DNA of 64,000 bases, taken from positions 256,001 to 320,000 of the forward strand of contig CAVPNL010000006.1 in assembly GCA_963706575.1 (NCBI GenBank), in the 5' to 3' direction. Positions within the stretch are counted from its first letter, which is position 1, and every line of letters starts with the position of its first letter. Of the stretch, positions 55,957 to 64,000 are shown one piece after another. The notes under the pieces are model-generated. The model did not search any database. It worked only from the letters and a program-made list of their open reading frames with translations, and was not told where the DNA came from. Source of the DNA: an uncultured delta proteobacterium (GTDB lineage: Bacteria; Desulfobacterota; Desulfobacteria; Desulfobacterales; JAHEIW01). The translations under genes and the position numbers were made by a program.

Positions 55957-58071
55957 ATGAAAAATCACCTAAATAAAATCTTTATTTTAGCAGTATTTCC
56001 CATCGTAGTGGTGTTAGGCTGTTTGCCGGCAGGCGCGGATACCATCATGGAACCGGATACCTTTCCGCTGTATGACAGCCTTCGCCCCAATGTTTCCTTC
56101 TGGAAAAAAATATATACAGAATATTCAACGACCCAGGGGGTCATTCACGATAAGAAAAATCTGGCGATCATCTATGAGATCATTGAACTTAAAGATCGCA
56201 ATCGCCATGGCAGCCGCAAAATCAACAAGGAGCGGATAAAAAGGGTCAAAAAGAAATATAAACGGATCCTCGCCAAACTCGCGCAAGGTGAAGCGCCAAA
56301 CGGGCCCGAGGAACAACGCGTGGCCGCTTTATTCGGAACCCATGCCAAGCCCACCGATTTACGTCACGCCATACGAAATTTGCGATGTCAAGTCGGCCAG
56401 AACGATCCGTTCCGCAAGGGGATCATTCGGTCCGGTGCCTACCTGGCAGAAATGAAACAGATCTTCCGCGATGCAGGTTTGCCCGAGGATCTGGTGTATC
56501 TGCCACACGTGGAATCCTCCTTCAATCCCAAAGCCTACAGCAAATTCGGTGCTGCCGGTATGTGGCAATTCACCCGTTCGACCGGCAAACGCTTTATGAC
56601 CGTCAGCTATGCGGTCGATGAGCGGCGGGATCCCATCTTATCAACGCGAGCGGCCGCTCGGTTGCTGAAAAGGAATTATAAAAAATTTCGCAACTGGCCG
56701 ATGGCCATAACGGCTTACAACCACGGCGTCACCGGCATGCTGCGGGCCAAAAGGCGCAAGGAAAACTATGAAACCATCTTCAAAGAATACCGCAGTCGCA
56801 TATTTAAATTTGCTTCGCGCAATTTTTATTCTGAGTTTTTAGCGGCCCGAGAGGCTGCCCGAGATTATCGACAACATTTCGGTGAGCTCATACTGGATAC
56901 GCCGATGCAAACTCAGGAAGTTGTGCTGGCCGGCTACGGTTCTCTACCGGAAATCGCCGAACATCTCAATCTGGAACTTGCTGTGCTGGGTGACCTGAAT
57001 CCGGCTTTGCGAAACCCTGTGCTCAGTGGACAAAAATATGTGCCGCGCGGTTTTCATTTGAAGCTACCGGCGCAGCCCGATCGGGACTGGAAGCGTGTGA
57101 TCGCTGAACTGGCACCGAAAATCTATAAGAACTACCAGAAGCGCAGCAGCATTTATACCGTTCGCAAAGGCGATACCGCCGGAGAAATTGCTCGCAGTCA
57201 CGGTGTCGAATTAAATGATCTGATTGCCGCCAACAATCTGGATGCGCGGGCCACTATCCATATTGATCAAAATCTAAGAATACCCCTGCCGGGTGACAAG
57301 CCCCCGGTGCTGGCCGCTTTGAAATCCGAACGCGCCAAGCCCAAAGCAGTTCAAAATTCAAAGGTACCAGCGGCACAGCCGCAAACGGAAACATCTGAGC
57401 ACAAGCCAGAAAATCGCGTTGCGCAGATAGAAACGCGGGAATCCCAGCAGTCTCAGATCGATTCCAGCCTTGATTTTGACTCGATTGAATCTAACCGGAT
57501 CATTGAAGCCGCTCTTTTGCAAATGCGGCCCCAAGGTTCCGGGTCCAAAAAAGATCAATCCGCTGTGCGAACAGAGTTACAGGATCCACTGCCTAAGGCA
57601 GTCCTGAGCGCTGATGTGGTACTGGGCCAGCTGGCCATTAAGCGCATCCAGACCGATCAGGGCCGTCCCATCGGTCGCATCCAGGTGGAGGTTGAAGAAA
57701 CCCTGGGGCATTATGCCGAGTGGCTGGAGGTTTCCGCCAGTGAGATTCGGCGGCTGAACGGCCTGCGATATGGAAGGCCCATTCGAATCAACGATTCAAT
57801 TAAAATTCCACTGGGCCGGGTAACCAAAGAGGCGTTTGAAGAAAAGCGATTTGAATTTCACAAGGAACTGGCAGAAGATTTTTTCGCATCTTTTCGAGTT
57901 GAGAAAGTCCAGACCTATTCGGTTAGAAGAGGAGACAACATCTGGACCCTTTCAAAAGAAAAATTTGAAGTACCGCTGTGGTTGATCAAAAAATACAATG
58001 CCCATCTGAACTTCGGTGCGTTGTATCCTTCGCAGGAACTCCTCATCCCGATCATCGAAAAAAACGCCTAA
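55957..58071 (+). CDS. Lytic transglycosylase (MltD-like) with LysM domains
   Basis: LPHVESSF, AAGMWQF, AITAYNHG; LysM YTVRKGDT, YSVRRGDN; start inferred. Confidence 0.9.
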   Translation: MKNHLNKIFILAVFPIVVVLGCLPAGADTIMEPDTFPLYDSLRPNVSFWKKIYTEYSTTQGVIHDKKNLAIIYEIIELKDRNRHGSRKINKERIKRVKKKYKRILAKLAQGEAPNGPEEQRVAALFGTHAKPTDLRHAIRNLRCQVGQNDPFRKGIIRSGAYLAEMKQIFRDAGLPEDLVYLPHVESSFNPKAYSKFGAAGMWQFTRSTGKRFMTVSYAVDERRDPILSTRAAARLLKRNYKKFRNWPMAITAYNHGVTGMLRAKRRKENYETIFKEYRSRIFKFASRNFYSEFLAAREAARDYRQHFGELILDTPMQTQEVVLAGYGSLPEIAEHLNLELAVLGDLNPALRNPVLSGQKYVPRGFHLKLPAQPDRDWKRVIAELAPKIYKNYQKRSSIYTVRKGDTAGEIARSHGVELNDLIAANNLDARATIHIDQNLRIPLPGDKPPVLAALKSERAKPKAVQNSKVPAAQPQTETSEHKPENRVAQIETRESQQSQIDSSLDFDSIESNRIIEAALLQMRPQGSGSKKDQSAVRTELQDPLPKAVLSADVVLGQLAIKRIQTDQGRPIGRIQVEVEETLGHYAEWLEVSASEIRRLNGLRYGRPIRINDSIKIPLGRVTKEAFEEKRFEFHKELAEDFFASFRVEKVQTYSVRRGDNIWTLSKEKFEVPLWLIKKYNAHLNFGALYPSQELLIPIIEKNA

Positions 58072-58214
58072 ACTGGTGTTTAAACCATCATCTTTTGCCC
58101 GAGAGCTGTGTTGTTCGTTGTCGAAAGTCGCTCACGTACTAAATGTACGCTGCCCTCCTTCTCCTCCTCACGCCTTGCCCTCAGACAAAATCTAACGATT
58201 TAAACACCAGTTTA
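58069..58214. repeat. ERIC/RPE-like palindromic element (146 bp)
   Basis: Perfect 16-bp IR TAAACTGGTGTTTAAA; core GCTCACGTACTAAATGTACGCT; begins with upstream gene's TAA. Confidence 0.85.
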
Positions 58215-58373
58215 ACTTTTTATAAAGGAGCTTTTATTCTTCTATTTTAATTCAAGCCTTGTTGAACACATTAATCTATAAAATTAAGACGTGAAATCCC
58301 GTCGTCAGGCGGGGCCCTCAACCAAAATCTAAGCCTTTTAGACCTGGTTTAGTTTCAAAAAATTAAAAATCAT

Positions 58374-58492
58374 AAGTGAATAAAGTGAGCTAAAAAGCCT
58401 AAAGTTGAGGCATTCTATCATTATATAAAAAAGATAGAGCAAAGCGATACCTAAACTTTAGGCACTCCGAACTTTAGTTCACTTTAGTCACT
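58374..58492. repeat. Inverted microrepeat arms (CTAAAGT / ACTTTAG)
   Basis: AAAGTGAGCTAAAAAGCCTAAAGT ... ACTTTAGGCACT..ACTTTAGTTCACTTTAGTCACT. Confidence 0.6.
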
Positions 58493-58496
58493 CTCA

Positions 58497-58814
58497 TTAT
58501 ATCGGTGGTGCGATGGTTACCAGTAACCTGAGATTGGTTTTGGCACGCAGGCCGTGAGGCTCGGCAATATCACTGATGACCACGTCACCGGGTTTTGCCG
58601 GCATGGTCGTATCACCTTCTCCTAAAAACTCGCCTTCGCCCTCCAGGATAACCAGGCTTAACTGGCCTTCGATATCGTGGTTGTGAACCGGCAGTTCCTG
58701 GCCGGGTTTGAAATTAAAATTGAGAATTTTAAAATACGGTGAGTCGTGCACCAGCAGTTTTTTAAACGCTTTTTCGGAAAAATCGTTTTCCTCGTAAAGA
58801 TTAAGTTGCTTCAT
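58497..58814 (-). CDS. Cupin-domain protein
   Basis: GQELPVHNH, LEGEG, EPHGL. Confidence 0.85.
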   Translation of the reverse strand: MKQLNLYEENDFSEKAFKKLLVHDSPYFKILNFNFKPGQELPVHNHDIEGQLSLVILEGEGEFLGEGDTTMPAKPGDVVISDIAEPHGLRAKTNLRLLVTIAPPI

Positions 58815-58884
58815 TGCGGCCTCCCGTTATTAAAGATTAATCTGTGTATACACCACCATAGATGAATGTTCGGTGCATAGATCA

Positions 58885-58898
58885 TTGATTTAGGTCAA
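58885..58898. promoter_or_regulatory. FNR/CRP-family box upstream of cupin gene
   Basis: TTGATTTAGGTCAA. Confidence 0.6.
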
Positions 58899-59100
58899 AA
58901 GCGCCTATAAAAAGACCCGCTATCGACGCTATCCTGTATCTTCTTTGCCGATGAGCGGGCCATTATTGCCAGAACCTATCTCAAAAATGCATTTAACATT
59001 CGATGCTAAAGTTTTAAACTTAAAAAAAGTGCTTATAACAACAAATGCACTAAAATTTAAAATGAGCTAAAATGCCTAAAATGAACGACAGCTTTTGGCA

Positions 59101-59171
59101 TCACGCAAAGACGCCAAGGGCTTTTTTATTGTTTAAATCAAAATTCTTTGCGGCTTAGCGGCTTTGCGTGA
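59101..59171. repeat. Empty inverted-repeat pair of the GxxExxY-flanking type
   Basis: TCACGCAAAGACGCCAAG ... CTTAGCGGCTTTGCGTGA. Confidence 0.75.
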
Positions 59172-59220
59172 GCCATAAAATAAAATGGACAGAATTCCTT
59201 ATTTCTGGGGCACAACACCA

Positions 59221-60687
59221 CTAACGAGCGGAATCGGCGCTTGGAGAAATGGTTACATCAATGCGACGATTCATCGCGCGGCCCTTTTCAGTTGAATTCG
59301 AGGCCAGCGGACGCATGGATCCATATCCGACGGCAATGATTTTCTCATAAGGCAAAACGCCATTGGCAACCAGGTATTGACGAACCGCTTCTGCCCGCTG
59401 TTGGGACAGATGCTCGTTTAGCGGTTCCGGTCCGGTGCTGTCGGTATGGCCGCCGATAATGACATCAGGTTCTCCAAAGGCCCGAATGGCACGCTGGACT
59501 TTGCCGAGCAAAGCGTAATTATCCGGCATGATCACCGCTTGTCCCACTGGAAAGCGGATGGCTTTCAGCCGGATAATCAGCTGATTTTCTCTTTTATACA
59601 CTTCAGCTTCACTGGGATCAAAGTAACCTCTGACCTCGCTGAAAAGCTGGTTTAATTGATTTTCGGCCCTAAGCCGCTGCTGCTGCTGACGGCTCTGGCC
59701 TTCGAGCGAAGCGAGCTTGTGCTGCAGATCGGTGATTTCTAATTGCTGTGTTTTGATCTTGTTAGCTGTAAATTCATGGTCAGCCTGCTGAGCGGAAATT
59801 GTCGCCAGAATGCTTTTATTCTGCTGTTCAAATGATTGATCCCTCATATCCGGCGCCGTCAGGCGGCTGGATATGGTGTGCAGGATGGCCTCCATTTTCA
59901 ACGCAGTCTGTTCCGGTGTCATCTGCTGAATTTTGTTGGTCTCTGCGGCAATTTCCATATGGCGGCGCGCCAAAAACAAGGCTTCATTGGCTAGCATACC
60001 CATCTGCTCTTTTTGGTAAGGATTTTCAGTGATAAACGTATCGGCTTCTACTAATTTGTTTTCGGCAGCGGCATAGGATTCCGGAGCAATTTTATCTGAT
60101 TTTTGTTTTTCGGCCGCCCGCAGCAGATTGCGAACTTCACCGATGGTACGAATTTTAATCGCCCTTATTTCCAGCTGGCGAAATTGTTCAGTGACGGCGG
60201 CCTGGTTGCGTTGGGCGTACCCGAGGTTTTCTTTTTCAATCGCCCGGGAGAGGTCTAAAAACTCTTCTTCTACGGCCTGGTAATCTTTGCCGAGCGCGGC
60301 AGCACCGGCTTTACGGGCCAGTTCGCGGCCTTGGATGGCTTCAGCCAGCGAGACTTTGGACACCTCTGCTATTTTTTGGGCGCGGTCAAGCTCCGCCCGA
60401 CTGGTAGCAATTTCATCAAAGATTTTCGACAGTTCAGCACCTTCTTCCAGAAGTCTTTTGGCCTCATTGAGCGAAGACTCCGCTTTGGCAAACCAAGTGG
60501 GTGACAGTACATTTATGTTTTCGTTGCGTGCCATGGCGACATCGTTGTCCAGCTGGTTGATCAGCTGCTGAGGATGCTCTGTTTTTGAAATCGATTCAAC
60601 TTCCAGTTGTCGCCCCCCGCAGGCGGTGAACAAAACAAATATCGTGATAAACAACATGATTGCTGAAAATGAGGTCTTTTGATTCAT
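59221..60687 (-). CDS. OmpA-like peptidoglycan-binding lipoprotein with coiled-coil region
   Basis: Lipobox FTAC; GHTDSTG, LSQQRAEAV, NRRID. Confidence 0.85.
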   Translation of the reverse strand: MNQKTSFSAIMLFITIFVLFTACGGRQLEVESISKTEHPQQLINQLDNDVAMARNENINVLSPTWFAKAESSLNEAKRLLEEGAELSKIFDEIATSRAELDRAQKIAEVSKVSLAEAIQGRELARKAGAAALGKDYQAVEEEFLDLSRAIEKENLGYAQRNQAAVTEQFRQLEIRAIKIRTIGEVRNLLRAAEKQKSDKIAPESYAAAENKLVEADTFITENPYQKEQMGMLANEALFLARRHMEIAAETNKIQQMTPEQTALKMEAILHTISSRLTAPDMRDQSFEQQNKSILATISAQQADHEFTANKIKTQQLEITDLQHKLASLEGQSRQQQQRLRAENQLNQLFSEVRGYFDPSEAEVYKRENQLIIRLKAIRFPVGQAVIMPDNYALLGKVQRAIRAFGEPDVIIGGHTDSTGPEPLNEHLSQQRAEAVRQYLVANGVLPYEKIIAVGYGSMRPLASNSTEKGRAMNRRIDVTISPSADSAR

Positions 60688-60957
60688 CTTCCTTAAGCCC
60701 TTTCTATTTCGTTTCATTAATTCGATCGGTGTTCCTACGCGGTGGACCATCTCTCTAAATACTTAGATTTATAATATTACTTTTACAAAATATTTCGCGC
60801 AACAGCAAGTTAAAATAATCTAAAATCGATCGCCGGCCGGCATTCATTTTTTTGAAAAACCCTGCCAGCCGGTGTTGTGCTTTGACCTCAAAGATATTAA
60901 GATGATATGTAGAACGCTAATTGAGCGATAGACGCCCAATTTTATAACGCAGCCGAT

Positions 60958-61698
60958 ATGAAAACAGTCCACATTAAAGATCTCCTCGCCTCACATGCCC
61001 ATGCGAATAATCGCTGTCTCTCCTGTGGCACCGATGAGAACATGGGCCGGCGGAAATACTGTTCAATCGAGTGCCGTCAAAAGCTGCGCTACAGCCTCAA
61101 CATGCGGACGGGCTTGCTAAGAGTCCTGAATACAAAGTTTGGGACCTTTTATTTTACAACATCGTTGCTTTTTTTGGACGTATTGCCTTATGGCTCGATG
61201 AGCCTGTTCAGCTTTCTTTTTCCGCGAACCCCCGGACGAAAACCGGTTGATGACTTCGTTACGATGGCCAATGTACTGGGCAATGCCTGGTGGGCTGAAA
61301 AGCGCCGGACCAACAAACGCTACATTGCCACACAGCATGTTCTGGAAAAAGCCCAAAACCGGAAGACCACTGCAAAATCCATTAAACCTTTCGAAATCGT
61401 AAAACCGGCTCGTACGGCCAAGTCGCTGACGTTTTTAAAGTTGGGCCGTTCGGACCTGGATTCACCCCAGCTGCAGCGGATCATAAAAAGCGCCTACCGG
61501 CAGCAGGCCAAGGTTCACCATCCGGATCATAGCGGCGACGCTGCGGCTTTTCGCAAAGTTCAACAGGCCTACGAGCAGCTGATGGATTGGGCTGAAAACC
61601 CGACATTTACCCGGCGACGCGGCTTTCCGGATAAATGGTTTTATGAAGGCGCCACCAACCGCTGGATCCAGCCGGCACCTATCAAAATAACCTCCTAG
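60958..61698 (+). CDS. J-domain protein with N-terminal Cys cluster
   Basis: CLSC..YCSIEC; IKSAYRQQAKVHHPD. Confidence 0.8.
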   Translation: MKTVHIKDLLASHAHANNRCLSCGTDENMGRRKYCSIECRQKLRYSLNMRTGLLRVLNTKFGTFYFTTSLLFLDVLPYGSMSLFSFLFPRTPGRKPVDDFVTMANVLGNAWWAEKRRTNKRYIATQHVLEKAQNRKTTAKSIKPFEIVKPARTAKSLTFLKLGRSDLDSPQLQRIIKSAYRQQAKVHHPDHSGDAAAFRKVQQAYEQLMDWAENPTFTRRRGFPDKWFYEGATNRWIQPAPIKITS

Positions 61699-61845
61699 TA
61701 AAACTTGTTTTAAAAGCGCATATTTTTCCCGATGGCTGCGTTATTATTCTCTTCAAAATGCTCACGTACTATCGTGTACGCTCCGCTTTTGAAGCGAATA
61801 AAGCCTTGCCCTCAGAAAAAATCTACACTTTTAAAACAAGTTTTG
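61699..61845. repeat. ERIC/RPE-like palindromic element (147 bp)
   Basis: Perfect 17-bp IR AAAACTTGTTTTAAAAG; core AAAATGCTCACGTACTATCGTGTACGCTCCGCTTTT; starts right after TAG. Confidence 0.85.
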
Positions 61846-61912
61846 GTTTAAATTATTTTAAAAACAAAATTGTTTTGTTAACCGGCTCAACGGGTAAAAC
61901 CGGCCAACGGGT

Positions 61913-63019
61913 TTAACCGATTGCGGCGGCGACCATGGCCTGAACGTTTTCCAGTTTGGCATTGGCTGGAATATCGCAGCCGGATTGCAGAATAAAACCC
62001 AGCGGGCCGAGCTCCCGGATCAGGCGGGAGCAGTATTGGTAAACATCGTCCGGTTGGCTTAAAAACAGCATGGATGCCGGTACATCTCCCATGATGCACA
62101 TATGATTGTCCAGGGTCTTTTTGGCCCGGAAAATATCGGTTTCTCCATCCAGAGCCATGATACATTTACCCGGGGGAAGTTCTTTGAAACGCTCCAGTTC
62201 ACGGGTCCAATCCGAATCCAGGTGCAGCAATGCGATCAGGCCGGCATCAATTACCTCAAGGACCATTTTGCGAAAGTAAGGCCACACAAATCGATTCCAC
62301 ATAGGCGGTGATAACAAACATGGCGCCGAGCGCCAGCCCCCGACCCATACCAGTGGATAACCCAGATCTTTTGCGCGCCGGACGGCCTTACCTGCCAGGT
62401 GCGGCAGAATCGTTTCCATGACCGCTTCGACTTTATGCGGGATTTCGAGCAGATCCATTGCAAATTCCATCAAGGACCGGGCCCCGCACAGAAGCTCGAT
62501 GGGTGTTGTGATGTCTCCGCCGCTGAGCACGGGGATGCCTTGGGTTCGCCATTCAGCGCGGATATCAACGGATTTGCGCAGCGGCGGCAAATATTCGGGC
62601 GGCACATCGTTGAGGATGCGCTCATGTGTCATTTTTTTGAAAAAGTCCGGCCATCCAAGGTCCAGGATGCGGTCATAGTCATTGCGGTCCATCAGCTCCG
62701 TTTCGACCACCTGCCACATCTCATTTTCCGGCAAATCCACACCCGGCACGCGGACCTTGGCCATAAAGTCGTAGCAAAGCGCATATGGCCAAAAAGAACC
62801 ATAGTTCATCGCATCACCTTCACCGACCATGTGAAAGGCCTGAATCATGGTGTCAACATTGGTTCTGGGTGATCTTAGATACGCCGCCATGGGTGTTTGA
62901 GTGACATAGGCGGCAAATCCGGAATACTCCAGAACAACCGGTGTGCGGTCCGGCACCTCGAGAGCTACGGCTTTTAAGATTCTTGTTAACCGCTGGTTAT
63001 ATAGATCCTCAGTACTCAT
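61913..63019 (-). CDS. Uroporphyrinogen decarboxylase / MtaA-CmuA family protein
   Basis: PDRTPV, LHLD, MCIMGDVP, FILQSGCDIP..AKLENV. Confidence 0.82.
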   Translation of the reverse strand: MSTEDLYNQRLTRILKAVALEVPDRTPVVLEYSGFAAYVTQTPMAAYLRSPRTNVDTMIQAFHMVGEGDAMNYGSFWPYALCYDFMAKVRVPGVDLPENEMWQVVETELMDRNDYDRILDLGWPDFFKKMTHERILNDVPPEYLPPLRKSVDIRAEWRTQGIPVLSGGDITTPIELLCGARSLMEFAMDLLEIPHKVEAVMETILPHLAGKAVRRAKDLGYPLVWVGGWRSAPCLLSPPMWNRFVWPYFRKMVLEVIDAGLIALLHLDSDWTRELERFKELPPGKCIMALDGETDIFRAKKTLDNHMCIMGDVPASMLFLSQPDDVYQYCSRLIRELGPLGFILQSGCDIPANAKLENVQAMVAAAIG

Positions 63020-63064
63020 GCGAACTCTGCGTCTCTGCGGTGAAAAACTAAAATGGCAGCAAAG

Positions 63065-64000
63065 CTACCGTTGGAAGACGGCGCCTCGATCCGCACTGGA
63101 AACCAGCTGGGCATAGCGGGCCAGGTAACCGCTTTTGATTTTGGGCTCAAATTCCGGCAGTTCGGCGATCCTGTTCCGGATCTCTTCGGCGGTGAGCTGA
63201 ACGTTGAGCGTTTTATTGGGGATATCAATTTCGATGATATCGCCTTCGCGCAGCGCTGCGATGGGGCCTCCGGCGGCGGCTTCCGGCGAAACATGCCCGA
63301 TGGCTGCTCCACGGCTGGCTCCGGAAAAGCGGCCGTCGGTGATCAGGGCCACCTTCTTATCCATGCCCATGCCGGCCAGGGCCGAAGTCGGCGACAGCAT
63401 TTCACGCATTCCGGGTCCGCCCTTGGGCCCTTCGTAACGAACGACAATCACATCGCCTTTTTTGATCCGGTCGCTCATGATAGCCTCGAACACATCTTCT
63501 TCGGAATTGAAAATCCGGGCCGGTCCTGAATGGGTGAGCATTTCTTCAGATACGGCGGCCTGCTTCACAATAGCGCCATCGGGCGCCAGGTTGCCGGTCA
63601 GGATGGCCAGTCCGCCGGTGGCGTGAACCGGCTTTTCAATTGAACGAATAACCCCATAATCCTTCACACCGGCGTTGATTTCGGCCAGCATGTCCCCGAG
63701 TGATTTCCCGTAGACCGTCGGCGGTTCCGTTTTGATGAGTTTGGCTTTTTGCAGTTCGGCCAAAATGGCGGGAATCCCGCCGGCATAAAAAAGATCCACA
63801 ACGTGATGGGGACCTGCGGGAGCGATCGAGGTCAGGTGGGGAACTTTAGCGGTAAACGGGTCAAGATCCCTGAGGGTTAAATCCAGCCCGGCATAGTACG
63901 CCAGGGCCGGAATGTGCAAGGCCGTGTTGGTCGATCCCCCCAGCGCCATATCGGCCGCAATGGCATTGTGAAAGGCGTCTTTCGTCATAATATCCCGCGG
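63065..64000 (-). CDS. ilvD: Dihydroxy-acid dehydratase (5' end off window)
   Basis: [36 protein letters not shown]. Confidence 0.93.
   Translation of the reverse strand, partial: PRDIMTKDAFHNAIAADMALGGSTNTALHIPALAYYAGLDLTLRDLDPFTAKVPHLTSIAPAGPHHVVDLFYAGGIPAILAELQKAKLIKTEPPTVYGKSLGDMLAEINAGVKDYGVIRSIEKPVHATGGLAILTGNLAPDGAIVKQAAVSEEMLTHSGPARIFNSEEDVFEAIMSDRIKKGDVIVVRYEGPKGGPGMREMLSPTSALAGMGMDKKVALITDGRFSGASRGAAIGHVSPEAAAGGPIAALREGDIIEIDIPNKTLNVQLTAEEIRNRIAELPEFEPKIKSGYLARYAQLVSSADRGAVFQR

Overview
Bacterial chromosomal window from an anaerobe, most likely a Desulfobacterota/Desulfobacterales-type organism (inferred from gene content and style only). It is dominated by anaerobic respiration and sulfur/molybdenum trafficking. 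(i) A periplasmic nitrate reductase operon (napD-napA, two tetraheme cytochromes c, NrfC-like, NrfD-like) lacks napC/napGH. (ii) A respiratory arsenate reductase operon (arrABCD; RGRY motif) sits under a sigma54 promoter next to an AioX/ArrX-like binding protein and a membrane-anchored one-component sigma54 activator. (iii) Sulfur and Moco genes include tusA-nifS-nifU, TauE, rhodanese, moaA, moeA, MOSC, metY-metX-metW, larE-like and mnmA. The strongest unexplained structure is a 15-bp palindromic motif (approx. TRCCAC-N3-GTGGYA) seen about 10 times at fixed positions relative to promoters. Two of those copies lie upstream of two paralogous XRE-HTH/Cys-rich regulators and one lies upstream of an ORF-less, structured ~195-nt candidate sRNA, suggesting an undescribed sulfur/redox regulon. 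Also present are a GxxExxY nuclease-fold gene enclosed in a 28-bp inverted repeat with empty sibling repeats, a ~146-156-bp ERIC/RPE-like palindromic family that often supplies stop codons, FNR/CRP-type boxes and a divergent SHMT. Several single-base frameshifts may be assembly errors. No rRNA, tRNA, CRISPR array or transposase was recognised.
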